Source of the DNA: Burkholderiales bacterium
GTDB lineage: Bacteria > Pseudomonadota > Gammaproteobacteria > Burkholderiales > SG8-41
Assembly (NCBI GenBank): GCA_030683105.1
Contig: JAUXMZ010000008.1
Coordinates: forward strand, 4,268 to 68,267
Length of the DNA stretch: 64,000 nt
Reading direction: 5' to 3'
Each line of letters begins with the position of its first letter. Position 1 is the first letter of the stretch. The notes under the pieces were generated by a model. The model saw only the letters and a list, made by a program, of their open reading frames with translations. It was not told the origin of the DNA and ran no database searches. The position numbers were made by a program, and so were the translations under genes. Shown here piece after piece: positions 9,592 to 20,206 of the stretch.

Positions 9592-9921
9592 TTACGGATT
9601 CGATGATTCGCTCCTGTTTGCGGCAAGCACCGGTTTCACGCCGCGTACAAAAGCCGCTTTCGCCAGCGCATGCGTCGCGGTCGGACTGGTGAACAATATG
9701 AGCAGGCCGATGATCAGCAGCTTGACCGCGATCAGCGTGAATCCCGCCTGCATTACCAGTCCGGCCAGGATCAGGCCCGCGCCGAGCGTATCGGTCACGC
9801 TCGCCGCGTGCATCCGCGTGAAAAAATCAGGCATGCGAACCAGGCCCAGTGTGCCGATCACGCAAAAAATGCCGCCACAGACGAGACAGGCCCAACTGGC
9901 GATATCGACGATGGCGGTCAT
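9592..9921 (-). CDS. MrpG/MnhG subunit, locus 1
   Basis: 109 aa containing GTLGLVRMPDFFTRMHAASVTDTLG, the characteristic MnhG motif. Confidence 0.85.
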   Translation of the reverse strand: MTAIVDIASWACLVCGGIFCVIGTLGLVRMPDFFTRMHAASVTDTLGAGLILAGLVMQAGFTLIAVKLLIIGLLILFTSPTATHALAKAAFVRGVKPVLAANRSESSNP

Positions 9922-10205
9922 TTCCCCTGTCCGATTTCCGTGTCTCCCGGTTCGCCCAGGTCGCCGTATTGAAAATACTTGAGCACCGCGATTGTGCCGA
10001 TCACATTGAGCAGGCCGTAAACGATCGCGAGATCGAGAAAGTCCGGGCGGCCGGTCAAAAATCCGAGCACCGCCAGGAGCAGAACCGCAACCGTGCCTAT
10101 GGTGTTTGCCGCCTGCGCACGGTCGAACACCGTAGGTCCGAGAAATGCGCGCACCAGCGCCAGCACCAGCGCCACCAGCAACCCCGCCGCGGCCGCGGTG
10201 AACAT
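9918..10205 (-). CDS. MrpF/MnhF subunit, locus 1
   Basis: Start reassigned to MFTAAAAGLLVAL at 10205 (95 aa, three TM). The ORF-track 189-aa N-terminal extension is Arg-rich and overlaps MnhE. TGATG junction with the MnhE stop. Confidence 0.8.
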   Translation of the reverse strand: MFTAAAAGLLVALVLALVRAFLGPTVFDRAQAANTIGTVAVLLLAVLGFLTGRPDFLDLAIVYGLLNVIGTIAVLKYFQYGDLGEPGDTEIGQGK

Positions 10206-10681
10206 CAGTCCGCCCCCTCGAAGCGGGTCACGCGCCGGTCCATTTCCCCCGACTGCAGGCCGGCGGCGCCCTCGCAGGTCAGCGCGTGCACCAGAATTTC
10301 GCCCTGCTTCACATCCACCGAGATCGTGCCGGGAGTAAGCGTGATCGAATTGGCATAGGTAACGACACCGACCGCTGTCTTCTGTGTAGTCTTGACCCGG
10401 ATCAACGTGGGACTGATCGGCAGGCGCGGATTGACGATGATCCTGGAGACATCCCATGCGCTCTTGACGATTTCCTTGAACAGCCACGGCCAGTAGGCGA
10501 GAACGCGCGCGCCGAGGTGAATCGGATGGCTCTCACGATCCACCACGTCCATGCGGCGCGCCACAAACACCGCGGCCAGCGCCGAACACAATCCGCTGCC
10601 GATCAGAAACGGGGTGAACAATCCCGACAGCAGCAGCCAGAAGGCGAACAGCGTCAGAGTGAGGCTGATGATGTAACTCAC
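10205..10681 (-). CDS. MrpE/MnhE subunit, locus 1
   Basis: 158 aa with two N-terminal TM helices followed by a soluble domain. First gene of the locus. Confidence 0.8.
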   Translation of the reverse strand: MSYIISLTLTLFAFWLLLSGLFTPFLIGSGLCSALAAVFVARRMDVVDRESHPIHLGARVLAYWPWLFKEIVKSAWDVSRIIVNPRLPISPTLIRVKTTQKTAVGVVTYANSITLTPGTISVDVKQGEILVHALTCEGAAGLQSGEMDRRVTRFEGAD

Positions 10682-10950
10682 GCCAGGATTCGGAAGATTG
10701 GATTCGTTTTAATAATGTTCCGGCGATGGTTGCCGGTTCCCTTACCGCGCAATTTTAAGGATAGTGGCGCCGCTTTACAACTCTCTGGCGGCCATGATTG
10801 TACCGTACCGGATGACGCGGGCCGCAAGATTCGTTATTATTTGGCTGGACGCGCTGCCGGTTTTGTTTCTGTCGTGCGACGGCGGTATCGGGCTGTCTGA
10901 AGCGTTCAGTGGCGGCCATCCCCTTCACGGCAACAACACTTTCTGCCGAC

Positions 10951-13731
10951 ATGACGCTGCCTATCATCATTCTCCTGCCACTGCTCGCGGGAACCGTTCT
11001 GGCGCTGGCTGCGGCGCGCTTTGGCCGCAATGCGGCCGCCTGGGCGGTCGCCGCGGTCGCCGGCGCCAGTCTCGCGCTCACCCTCCTGGAAATGCCGGCG
11101 GTGCTTGCCGGGCGACCGCTCATCGTGAGCTGGGAGTGGCTGCCCTCGATCGGTCTCAACTTTTCGTTCCGCCTCGATGGCCTGGGCCTGATGTTCGCCC
11201 TGCTGATTCTCGGCATCGGCCTGCTCATCATCCTCTACGCCCGCTATTACCTGTCTCCGGCCGATTCCATAGGAAAATTCTATTCGCTGCTTATGCTGTT
11301 CATGGCGGCGATGCTGGGCATCGTGCTGACCGAGAACCTGTTGTTATTGTTCGCATTCTGGGAACTCACCAGCCTCTCCTCGTTCCTGTTGATCGGCTAC
11401 TGGAGCCACAGTGCCGAAGCGCGCCGGGGCGCGCGCATGGCGCTCGCCGTCACCGGCGGCGGCGGACTGGCGATGCTGGCCGGTTTCCTCCTGATCGGCA
11501 ACATCGCCGGCAGCTACGAACTGTCGGCGGTGCTGGACGCGCGCCAGGCGATCCATGACCACCCGCATTACACGCTCGCGCTTGTGCTCGTGCTGATCGG
11601 TGCGTTCACCAAGTCCGCCCAGTTTCCATTTCACTTCTGGCTGCCGGAGGCGATGGCGGCCCCGACCCCCGTCTCCGCCTATCTGCATTCAGCCACCATG
11701 GTCAAAGCCGGCGTGTTTCTGCTGGCACGGCTCTACCCGGTGCTCGGCGGCAGCATCGAGTTCGAATACATAGTGAGCACGGTGGGGCTGGTCACGCTGG
11801 TGTTCGGGGCCTACGTCGCGATGTTCAAACACGACATCAAGGGACTGCTCGCCTATTCGACGATCAGCCATCTCGGTCTGATCACTTTCCTGCTCGGCCT
11901 CGATTCCCCCCTGTCGGCGGTTGCCGCGGTATTCCACATCGTCAATCACGCCACGTTCAAGGCTTCGCTGTTCATGGCGGCGGGCATCATCGATCACGAA
12001 TGCGGCACCCGTGACATGCGTAAATTGAACGGGTTGTGGAAATACATGCCGCACACCGCCACGCTCGCCATGGTGGCGGCGGCATCGATGGCAGGCGTGC
12101 CGCTGTTCAATGGTTTCCTGTCGAAGGAAATGTTCTTCGCCGAAGCGCTTGAACTGAACCATCTCGCTCTGCTGGGCCATGTGGCGCCAGTCGCGGTGAC
12201 TTTCGGCGGCATCTTCAGCGTCGCTTATTCTCTGCGCTTCATCCACGACGTGTTTTTCGGCGGCGAGCCGAGCGGGCTTGCCCGGATACCGCACGAACCG
12301 CCGCGCTACATGAAAATGCCGGTCGAGGTGCTGGTGGTGGTATGCATCGCGGTCGGCGTGCTGCCCGCCTATACGGTCATGCCGCTGCTCGCGGTGGCCG
12401 CGCGGGACGTGGTCGGCGGACCGCTGCCGCCGTACGACATCGCGATCTGGCACGGCTTCACGCTGCCGTTGCTGATGAGCGCGATCGCGATCGTCGGCGG
12501 CGTGATCATGTACTGGCTCCTGCAACGCAAGTTCAATCTTCAACTGCACGCCCCCGCCAGCTTAAATGCGCGCCTGCTGTTTCAGAACAGCCACGACGGA
12601 CTGGTCCGCCTGGCTGCGGCGCTGACCGCCGGACTGCAAAACGGCTCGCTGCAACGCTATCTGGCGCTGCTGGTCACGTCCATCATCGCGCTTGGCGCGT
12701 GGCCGTTTCTCCAGAACGGTTACCACGCGGGCAATGCGGCGCTCACCCCTGCCAACGGGCTGGCTGCAGCGGTATGGGCGATGACTCTTGTGGCCGCGGC
12801 GGCCAGCGTGCTGCTACACCGGGAGCGTTTTACCGCGGTGATACTGGTCGGCGTGGTGGGACTGGCCGCCGCCCTCACCTTTGCCTGCTTCTCCGCGCCG
12901 GATCTCGCCCTTACCCAATTCTCGGTGGAAGTCGTCACTACCGTACTGCTGCTGGTGGCGCTCGCGCTGCTGCCGCAGACCGACCCCGCCGAGTCCCGGC
13001 CCGCGCGCAAGTTCCGCGATGCCGTGCTCGCACTCGCCGCCGGCGCGGGTGTCGCAGCGCTGGCCTGGGCAGTGCTCACGCGGCCACATGAAACCATCTC
13101 GTGGTTTTACCTCGGGGAAAGCGTGCCAGCGGGCGGCGGCAGCAATGTTGTCAACGTCATTCTGGTCGATTTCCGCGGCTTCGACACCTTCGGCGAGATC
13201 ATCGTGCTCGGCATCGCCGCGGTCGGCGTATTCGCGCTGATGGATGGGATGCGCGCAACCCGCGCGGCGCAGGCAGCCGGGAGCGCCCCGCTGCTGCTCT
13301 CGGTCGCCGCTCGGGCATTGCTGCCGTTCGCGCTGCTCGTGACCGCCTTCATCTTCCTGCGCGGGCACAACCTGCCCGGCGGCGGCTTCATCGCCGGGCT
13401 CGTTACCGCGGTCGCGCTGGTCATGCAGTATATGGCCGACGGGTTCTCCGCCACCACGCGCAGGCTGCGCCCCGATTACACGCGCGTGATCGGCTGGGGC
13501 ATCATGACGGCGGGCGTTACCGGTGTGGCGAGCTGGGTGTTCCGCGCGCCTTTTCTCACCAGCACGCACGGCCATCCGCGGCTGCCGGTGGTGGGTGAAG
13601 TGCCGCTCGCGAGCGCAGCCGTCTTCGATCTCGGCGTCTACCTCGCTGTGGTCGGCGCAACCCTGCTCACATTGTCCGTAATCACGGGGGCAGGCCGGCA
13701 CGCGCCCGCTCCGGCACAGGAGAAGGTCTGA
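10951..13731 (+). CDS. mrpA: Fused MrpA/MrpB subunit of the canonical Mrp antiporter (locus 2)
   Basis: Motif HFWLPEAMAAPTPVSAYLHSATMVKAG. C-terminal MrpB-like block NVVNVILVDFRGFDTFGEIIVLG. Start taken at MTLPIIILLPLLAG; the ORF track allows GTG at 10909. Confidence 0.9.
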   Translation: MTLPIIILLPLLAGTVLALAAARFGRNAAAWAVAAVAGASLALTLLEMPAVLAGRPLIVSWEWLPSIGLNFSFRLDGLGLMFALLILGIGLLIILYARYYLSPADSIGKFYSLLMLFMAAMLGIVLTENLLLLFAFWELTSLSSFLLIGYWSHSAEARRGARMALAVTGGGGLAMLAGFLLIGNIAGSYELSAVLDARQAIHDHPHYTLALVLVLIGAFTKSAQFPFHFWLPEAMAAPTPVSAYLHSATMVKAGVFLLARLYPVLGGSIEFEYIVSTVGLVTLVFGAYVAMFKHDIKGLLAYSTISHLGLITFLLGLDSPLSAVAAVFHIVNHATFKASLFMAAGIIDHECGTRDMRKLNGLWKYMPHTATLAMVAAASMAGVPLFNGFLSKEMFFAEALELNHLALLGHVAPVAVTFGGIFSVAYSLRFIHDVFFGGEPSGLARIPHEPPRYMKMPVEVLVVVCIAVGVLPAYTVMPLLAVAARDVVGGPLPPYDIAIWHGFTLPLLMSAIAIVGGVIMYWLLQRKFNLQLHAPASLNARLLFQNSHDGLVRLAAALTAGLQNGSLQRYLALLVTSIIALGAWPFLQNGYHAGNAALTPANGLAAAVWAMTLVAAAASVLLHRERFTAVILVGVVGLAAALTFACFSAPDLALTQFSVEVVTTVLLLVALALLPQTDPAESRPARKFRDAVLALAAGAGVAALAWAVLTRPHETISWFYLGESVPAGGGSNVVNVILVDFRGFDTFGEIIVLGIAAVGVFALMDGMRATRAAQAAGSAPLLLSVAARALLPFALLVTAFIFLRGHNLPGGGFIAGLVTAVALVMQYMADGFSATTRRLRPDYTRVIGWGIMTAGVTGVASWVFRAPFLTSTHGHPRLPVVGEVPLASAAVFDLGVYLAVVGATLLTLSVITGAGRHAPAPAQEKV

Positions 13732-14081
13732 TGGAATTTCTGCTTGCGAGCGCCCTGGGCGTGACCACCGCATGCGGCGTCTATCTGCTGCTGCGGGGAC
13801 GGACTTTCCCCGTGGTGCTGGGATTGTCGCTGCTGTCTTATGCCGTCAACGTATTCATCTTTGCGATGGGGCGGCTCGCGGTGAACGCCCCGCCGGTGAT
13901 CGCCCCGAATGCCGCAACCTACAGCGACCCCCTGCCGCAGGCGCTGGTGCTCACGGCCATCGTCATCGGTTTCGGCATGACCGGCTTCGTCATGGCGCTC
14001 GCGGTGCGGGCGCGCCACGAGACCGGCAGCGACCACGTTGATGGCGCCGCGGCGGCGCACGAGAAGGCGCACGTCCGATGA
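13731..14081 (+). CDS. mrpC: MrpC subunit
   Basis: 116-aa NuoK-like protein. The start overlaps the mrpA stop. Confidence 0.9.
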   Translation: MEFLLASALGVTTACGVYLLLRGRTFPVVLGLSLLSYAVNVFIFAMGRLAVNAPPVIAPNAATYSDPLPQALVLTAIVIGFGMTGFVMALAVRARHETGSDHVDGAAAAHEKAHVR

Positions 14082-15622
14082 ACCACATGGTCATCCTTCC
14101 GGTAGTGCTCCCGGCGCTTGCGGCGGCCCTGATGCTGGCGCTGGGAAAAACGCGCCCGGCCGTGCAGCGAGCAGTCGGCCTTGCCTGCACCGCGCTGCTC
14201 TTCGCCGTTGCGGCAACGCTGCTCGCGCAGGCGCCATCGGACATGCCGCAGGTCTATGCGCTCGGCAACTGGCCGGCCCCGTTCGGCATAGTCATGGTGG
14301 CGGATCGCCTGTCCGCGCTGCTGGTTGCGCTCACCGCGCTGGTCGCACTCGCGGCACTCGCCTACGCCGCACAGGGTTGGGACAACCGCGGCAGGCACTT
14401 TCACGCCCTGTTCCAGTTCCAGTTGATGGGGATAAACGGCGCATTCCTGACCGGGGATCTGTTCAATCTTTTCGTGTTTTTCGAGGTTATGCTGATCGCC
14501 TCTTACGGGCTGTTGCTGCACGGACTGGGCGCGCCGCGCCTGCGCGCCGCGCTGCATTACGTTGTCATTAATCTCGCCGCATCGGCGGTATTCCTGATCG
14601 CGGTGAGCCTGCTCTACGGCGTCACCGGCACGCTCAACATGGCGCACCTGGCGGAACGCGTGGCGCAGGTTCCGCCGGCCGACGTGGCATTGGTCAGAGC
14701 GGCGGGATTGATGCTGCTCGGAGTGTTCGCCGTGAAAGCGGCGCTGTTTCCGCTTTATTTCTGGCTGCCCGCCGCTTATAGCAGCGCCTGCGCGCCGGTC
14801 GCCGCGCTGTTCTCAATCATGACCAAGGTCGGCGTCTACGCCATCATCCGCGTCACCACCCTGATTTTCGGCGGAGACACAGGCGCCGCGGAGCTAACCT
14901 CGCCGTGGCTGCTGCCGGCCGCGCTCGCCACGCTGGTCCTGGCCGCGCTCGGCGCGCTCGGCGCGGAACGCTTCACGGGACTGATCGCCTATCTCACGGT
15001 CGCCTCGGTCGGCACCATGCTTGCCGCGGTAGCGGCCGGCGGCGCCGCCGCGCTTTCCGGAGCGCTGTTCTATCTCGTTCACAGCACGCTCGTCATCGCC
15101 GCGCTTTTCCTGCTGGCGGAACTCCTTGGGCGCCAGCGCGGCATCGCCGCCGATACGCTCCGTGCGGGCCCGGCGCTGCTGCAGCCCGCTCTGCTCGGCC
15201 TGGTCTTCCTGCTGGGCGCTGCCAGCGTTGCGGGCGTGCCCCCTTCTTCGGGCTTTCTCGGCAAGCTGATGATACTGAAAGGCACCCAGGACGCGACGGC
15301 GGTCGCCTGGATCTGGAGCATCCTCCTGGGCGCAAGCCTGATCACGCTGGTAGGCTGCGCGCGCGCAGGCAGCATCCTGCTGTGGAATATCGCCGCGCCG
15401 CAGCCGGCGGCCGATGCGGCCCCGGCCCGGCCCGGTGAATGGCTGCCGCTGGCAACGCTGCTCGCCGGCGCGGTGCTGATGGTGGTGTTTGCCGCCCCTC
15501 TGAAACGCTACGCCGACGCCACCGCTGCGGAACTCCTATCCCGCACCGCCTATATTGCCGCGGTACTCGGGCCCGGACAGGATCGCGCGCCGCGCGCACT
15601 CGGAAAAGGAGGCGGCACATGA
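14078..15622 (+). CDS. mrpD: MrpD subunit
   Basis: 514 aa. Motif YFWLPAAYSSACAPVAALFSIMTK. 4-nt overlaps with both neighbours. Confidence 0.9.
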   Translation: MNHMVILPVVLPALAAALMLALGKTRPAVQRAVGLACTALLFAVAATLLAQAPSDMPQVYALGNWPAPFGIVMVADRLSALLVALTALVALAALAYAAQGWDNRGRHFHALFQFQLMGINGAFLTGDLFNLFVFFEVMLIASYGLLLHGLGAPRLRAALHYVVINLAASAVFLIAVSLLYGVTGTLNMAHLAERVAQVPPADVALVRAAGLMLLGVFAVKAALFPLYFWLPAAYSSACAPVAALFSIMTKVGVYAIIRVTTLIFGGDTGAAELTSPWLLPAALATLVLAALGALGAERFTGLIAYLTVASVGTMLAAVAAGGAAALSGALFYLVHSTLVIAALFLLAELLGRQRGIAADTLRAGPALLQPALLGLVFLLGAASVAGVPPSSGFLGKLMILKGTQDATAVAWIWSILLGASLITLVGCARAGSILLWNIAAPQPAADAAPARPGEWLPLATLLAGAVLMVVFAAPLKRYADATAAELLSRTAYIAAVLGPGQDRAPRALGKGGGT

Positions 15623-16107
15623 AGCGCTGGCTGCCGTTTCCATTACTGTCGGCCGTGCTCGCCGCCGGCTGGCTTGCGCTGGTAGGAGAGGCCTCCATCG
15701 CCCATCTGCTGCTCGGGGGACTGCTGGCGCTGGCGATTCCTCTTGTCGCCGCGCCATTCCTAGATCATCTGCAGCACGTTGTCGCGCCGGGAGCCGCGGT
15801 GCGGCTGCTTTTTCTCCTGATCCGGGACATCGTGCTTGCCAACATTGCGGTCGCGCGCCTGGTGCTCGGCCCGGAAGCCAGGCTGCGGCCGGCGTTCGTT
15901 TCGGTCCCGCTCGCGTTGAGCCACCCGCAATCGATCGCGCTGCTCGCCAGCATCATCACCATGACGCCCGGCACGGTGTCCGCCGATCTGGCTCCCGACC
16001 GCCGCACGCTCCTGGTGCATGCGCTCGATTGCGCCGACCCGGCGCGGCTCGTCGCGGACATCAAACGCCGCTATGAACAACCCCTGCTGGAGATTTTCGG
16101 ATGCTAG
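15619..16107 (+). CDS. mrpE: MrpE subunit
   Basis: Start reassigned to MKRWLPFPLLSAV at 15619 (ATGA overlap with the mrpD stop). The ORF-track start at 15439 lies inside mrpD. Confidence 0.85.
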   Translation: MKRWLPFPLLSAVLAAGWLALVGEASIAHLLLGGLLALAIPLVAAPFLDHLQHVVAPGAAVRLLFLLIRDIVLANIAVARLVLGPEARLRPAFVSVPLALSHPQSIALLASIITMTPGTVSADLAPDRRTLLVHALDCADPARLVADIKRRYEQPLLEIFGC

Positions 16108-16370
16108 CATCTGCCACCAACATCGCCCTCGGCGCCATCGGCCTCGCGTTCGTGCTGTGCCTGCTGCGGCTCGCGCGCGGCCCCAGCGCCGCCGACCGCA
16201 TCCTTGCGCTCGACACGCTCTACATCAATGCCGTGGCGCTGCTGATCGTGCTCGGCATACGCATGGCGAGCACGTTCTACTTCGAAGCGGCGCTGCTGAT
16301 TGCATTGATGGGTTTTGTCGCCACCGTGGCGCTTGCCCGCTACCTCGCTCATGGCAATGTGATGGACTGA
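16101..16370 (+). CDS. mrpF: MrpF subunit
   Basis: 89 aa, three TM. Block RLARGPSAADRILALDTL is typical of MrpF/PhaF. Confidence 0.85.
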   Translation: MLASATNIALGAIGLAFVLCLLRLARGPSAADRILALDTLYINAVALLIVLGIRMASTFYFEAALLIALMGFVATVALARYLAHGNVMD

Positions 16371-16382
16371 GGAGACCGGAAA

Positions 16383-16709
16383 ATGATTATCGAGATCGCG
16401 GTATCGGCGCTGCTGATGGTAGGCAGTTTCTTCATGCTGGTGGGAGCCATAGGCCTCGCGCGCCTGCCGGATTTCTTCATGCGGCTGCATGCGCCGACCA
16501 AAGCCACCACGCTTGGCGTGGGCAGCATGTTGCTCGCGTCGATGCTCTATTCGCTGCAGGACGGACCGAGCCTGCACGAACTACTGATCGTGCTGTTCCT
16601 GTTCCTTACCGCGCCGGTGAGCGCGCATCTGCTGGCGCAAGCGGCGCTTAAGCTCAAACTCAGGTCACGCGCGCCGATGCCCGGGGATTTTCCGCGGCTC
16701 CCGGACTAG
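16383..16709 (+). CDS. mrpG: MrpG subunit
   Basis: 108 aa containing GAIGLARLPDFFMRLHAPTKATTLG. Confidence 0.85.
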   Translation: MIIEIAVSALLMVGSFFMLVGAIGLARLPDFFMRLHAPTKATTLGVGSMLLASMLYSLQDGPSLHELLIVLFLFLTAPVSAHLLAQAALKLKLRSRAPMPGDFPRLPD

Positions 16710-16874
16710 TATCCAGCCGCCATGCCTGCTGCGCTGACGTTATAGCGCCTGCGCGCGCCTCGGCAGCTGCGCGACGAAATAGGCGATCACCTTCTGATCG
16801 CGATTGCCGATCTGACGGACTTCCTGGCCATCTGGGGTTGCACGGGATCGGGCCGTTCGCATGAGGCCGGATGC

Positions 16875-17774
16875 TCATTGCCCGGCCGTCATTTTCACCA
16901 CCAGAACATCGCCCCCGGATTCGTGAATGACGTGCATGGCGACGCTACCCAGCAGCATGTAGGACAGCTCGGAGCGCCCCTGCCCCCCGATCGCGATGAG
17001 ATCCGCATCGAAGTCCCGCGCGCACTGCAGGATCACGGCCGGGGCGTAGCCGTGCCGCACGCTGCCTGACAGGGCACGGCCGTTTTCCGGGAGGCTGCGC
17101 AGAAAATCCGCCATGCCGGCCTCGGCCTCCCGGCGGGCAAGGTCCTGATAATGGCGAAAAACATCCTCCGAAACGCCGCTGTAGCGCATCTTGCTCTCGA
17201 ACGGCACCTCGTAGACATGCAGCAGACGGATGTCCGCCGCGGGAAAAAACCGCAATGCCGTCTCCAGCGCATGCCGCGATGTCGGCGAGAAATCCACCGG
17301 CACCAGAACGCGGGAATAATCCTCCAGCGGCTCGCGTTTGACGATCAGGAACGGCCCGCGCCCCTGCCGCACGATTTTCTGCGCGGTCGTGCCGAGCAGC
17401 AGTTCCTGCAGGAAATTTTCCCCATGGGCTCCGATCACGACGAGATCGCATCCCGTGCTTTGCGCATAGGCCGCGACTTCATCGCGCGTGGCGCCGATGC
17501 CGACGTGAAACGCGGCGCTTATGCCGTGCCTGGCGCGGATGCCGGCCGCCATCCCCCCGAGGTCATTGCGCGCGGCATCCACCAGCCGCTGCTCGACCGC
17601 GAGCGGATGTTCGATCAGGATCCGCCTGATGGCTTCCAGAGGCAGCCGGCCCATCACGTGCAACAGGCTGAGTTCCGCACCCCAGGCACGGGCCATTCGC
17701 GCCGCCCGCTCAATTGCCATCCCGGCGCGCGGCGAAAAATCGGTCGCGACGACAATCCGTTTTTTGTCGGTCAT
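16875..17774 (-). CDS. Tandem-domain universal stress protein
   Basis: 299 aa with two USP-like halves (IVVATDFS... and VLVPVDFS...), each ending in a G-x2-G-x9-GS-like block. 4-nt overlap with the Kef-like gene. Confidence 0.85.
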   Translation of the reverse strand: MTDKKRIVVATDFSPRAGMAIERAARMARAWGAELSLLHVMGRLPLEAIRRILIEHPLAVEQRLVDAARNDLGGMAAGIRARHGISAAFHVGIGATRDEVAAYAQSTGCDLVVIGAHGENFLQELLLGTTAQKIVRQGRGPFLIVKREPLEDYSRVLVPVDFSPTSRHALETALRFFPAADIRLLHVYEVPFESKMRYSGVSEDVFRHYQDLARREAEAGMADFLRSLPENGRALSGSVRHGYAPAVILQCARDFDADLIAIGGQGRSELSYMLLGSVAMHVIHESGGDVLVVKMTAGQ

Positions 17775-19444
17775 GGTTGCCTCTTCATGGTTGCCAGATC
17801 ACCCGCTATGGTACGCGCCGCAAAATCCGCGGCGTCGGAGTACGGGGACAGCACGCGGTCCACTCCGGCTGCCGCCAGCGCCCGGCTGTCGCTGTCGGAA
17901 TGCGCGGCCATCGCGACGCGGCCGCCATAGCCGTGATGGCGCAGCGCCTTCAGCAGCGCGAGGTTGATCTCGGCCTGCGGCAGCGTGCTGACGATCCATC
18001 GCAGGCGGCCCAGCGGCAGGGCCTGTGGAAATTCGGGGTCCTCTGCGTCCCCGAAGTTTACCTTGAAGCCCTGGCGGCGGCGCTGCCGCACCGCCTCGGG
18101 ATCGAAATCGACGCCGAGCACGCGCACATCTTGCGCCTGTAACTGCGAAGCCAGCCGAGCCCCGTAGCGCCCGAGCCCGTAAATCACGACGTCCGCCGCA
18201 TCGCTCGCCGCCTGCCGGCGCTCCATGGCAAGTTCGCGAAACGGATTAGCGCGCTCGAAGACATCCAGCCAGCGGGCAATGCGGCCGTACAGCTGATGAG
18301 AGTAAAGAATCAGGTAAGTCGAAAGGGTGATCGTCACCAGCCCCACCAGCGTTACCAGGCCGAGCGTTTCCACGCCGACGTGGCCCAGAGTGATGCCCAT
18401 GGCCACGAAGATTATGGAGAACTCGCTGATCTGGGCGACCGTCAATCCCGCGAGAAAACCGGTGCGCTTGCGATAGCCCATATAGCCCATGATGGCCATG
18501 ACGATCAGGGGATTGCCTATCAGAACGAAAAGGGAAAACGCCCCCGCTGCGGGGAGTTCCTGCCCCAAAGTGGAAAAATCCAGCCTGGACCCCATGTCGA
18601 CAAAGAAAAATAAAAGCAGAAAATCACGAATGCTGACGAGGCGGGTGCTGATCGCCTCGCGATAGGTCGTCGAAGCCAGCGAGAACCCCGCCAGAAACGC
18701 GCCGACTTCCTTGCTGAAACCCAGCACCTCGCCCAGCGCCGCGAAAGCGGTCCCCCAGGCGATGGCGAAAATCAGCAGTAATTCCTGCGAACGGGCGAGC
18801 TGGTGCAACAGCCTCGGCAGAACATAGCGCATCAGCAGGGCAATCACCGCTCCCGCGCCGCCGATCTTCAGCACGAGCAAAGCCGCATTCAGGAGCAGGC
18901 CATGCTCCCCGGAGGCCGCATGTGAGCCTAGCAGCATCATGGCAATGACCACGGCAATGTCCTGCACGATCAGAAAGCCCATGGCGATGCGGCCGTGCAG
19001 CGAATCGATTTCCCGCTTGTCGGACAGGAGTTTGACAATGATGATGGTGCTGGAGAAGGTCAGGGCAACGGCGACATAGAGCGCCTTGACATGCGTCATG
19101 CCGAACGCGATGGCGATCAGGTAGCCGAACACGATCGTAAACGCAAGCTGCCCGAGCCCGGTTGCCAGCGCCACGGGCCCGAGATTCTTCACCAGGTGCA
19201 GGTCGAGCTTGAGTCCGACGACGAACAACAGCACCGTCACGCCGACCTGGGCGAGCAGATCGATCTGGTCGTGCGACTCAACCCATCCCAGCGCTGCCGG
19301 CCCGACCAGGATGCCGGTCATGAGGAATGCGATGATCAGCGGCTGGCGCAGGCGGACGGCGATCACCCCGATAATGGCCGCGATCGCGAGCAGGGCAGCG
19401 AACTGCTGGTAGTTTTCGCTCACGGCCGCCCCCGCCCCCGGCAA
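17771..19444 (-). CDS. Kef-type cation:proton antiporter (CPA2) with a C-terminal KTN/TrkA-N domain
   Basis: 557 aa. About 12 TM segments of Na+/H+-exchanger type, then the Rossmann motif VVIYGLGRYGARLA. Confidence 0.85.
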   Translation of the reverse strand: MPGAGAAVSENYQQFAALLAIAAIIGVIAVRLRQPLIIAFLMTGILVGPAALGWVESHDQIDLLAQVGVTVLLFVVGLKLDLHLVKNLGPVALATGLGQLAFTIVFGYLIAIAFGMTHVKALYVAVALTFSSTIIIVKLLSDKREIDSLHGRIAMGFLIVQDIAVVIAMMLLGSHAASGEHGLLLNAALLVLKIGGAGAVIALLMRYVLPRLLHQLARSQELLLIFAIAWGTAFAALGEVLGFSKEVGAFLAGFSLASTTYREAISTRLVSIRDFLLLFFFVDMGSRLDFSTLGQELPAAGAFSLFVLIGNPLIVMAIMGYMGYRKRTGFLAGLTVAQISEFSIIFVAMGITLGHVGVETLGLVTLVGLVTITLSTYLILYSHQLYGRIARWLDVFERANPFRELAMERRQAASDAADVVIYGLGRYGARLASQLQAQDVRVLGVDFDPEAVRQRRRQGFKVNFGDAEDPEFPQALPLGRLRWIVSTLPQAEINLALLKALRHHGYGGRVAMAAHSDSDSRALAAAGVDRVLSPYSDAADFAARTIAGDLATMKRQP

Positions 19445-19450
19445 ATCCGG

Positions 19451-20044
19451 TCATGAAAGCAGACCAGCATCCCGCCCTCTCACGCTTGCGACCAGCGACA
19501 ACAGTTCCGGTTCGGAGAAAAATCCGCCGCATCCGGCGTGCGCGTCCGAGGATATTTTCCAGCCCGTCGGGCTACGGTGCACGGTGGCAACGCAATGCGC
19601 CGTGCATTGCCCGAGAGCGGTGAGATCGAGCCGGATCCATTCACGTTCGCTGACGCGATCGCTGATATGACAAGACGCGCCACGGATCCCGCTGAAAGCA
19701 CGGCCCGTGGCGCTGGCCACGACAAAAGCAATCGTGGAAACCGCCGCCGGCAGCGCCTCCAGGAAAACGAAAATCCTTTCATCATCCCACTCGCTCGCCC
19801 CCGTTCGCGCGTCGCCGGTATGGATGACGCTGCCATTGGCGTTGCGCGGGCGGCCGGGATGAATGATCTCCAGCGCGCGGCGTTGCCCGTCGTACAGCAC
19901 GCACAGCGCATCCAGGTTCGCGGGATTGGCGGACCCTCCCTCTTGCGGCGGGTCCCAGTGCAAACCCATGACGATCTCTTTCAGATCGAGTGCCGCATCG
20001 GCGTACACGTGATCCCGCGGGTTCGCATGATCATTGATTCCCAT
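19451..20044 (-). CDS. TerD-domain stress protein
   Basis: GLHWDPP and DLDALCVLYD blocks are typical of TerD. Start set at MGINDHANP (GGAGGAG upstream). ATG at 20047 or the ORF-track start at 20062 are alternatives. Confidence 0.75.
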   Translation of the reverse strand: MGINDHANPRDHVYADAALDLKEIVMGLHWDPPQEGGSANPANLDALCVLYDGQRRALEIIHPGRPRNANGSVIHTGDARTGASEWDDERIFVFLEALPAAVSTIAFVVASATGRAFSGIRGASCHISDRVSEREWIRLDLTALGQCTAHCVATVHRSPTGWKISSDAHAGCGGFFSEPELLSLVASVRGRDAGLLS

Positions 20045-20206
20045 CATTTCTCCTCCACACAACCATGTCAGACCGTAAATTGCTCTCCGGCATACCAGCT
20101 TGGGGACTGCTTATGCCGGCCCTCAAGTCCTTCGTCACCAGCGAACCGAAGGGGACGCTAGCCGCCTTGGCCATCTTACCGCATCGAGCCGCCGCACTTC
20201 GGGCAC

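Noticed and set aside
16710-16874. The 72-aa ORF (16660-16878, minus) and possible terminator in the convergent spacer after mrpG.
   Set aside because: The ORF is Arg/Ala/Pro-rich and overlaps the mrpG end. Only a weak 5-bp stem (GCGCT...AGCGC) without a T-tract is visible.
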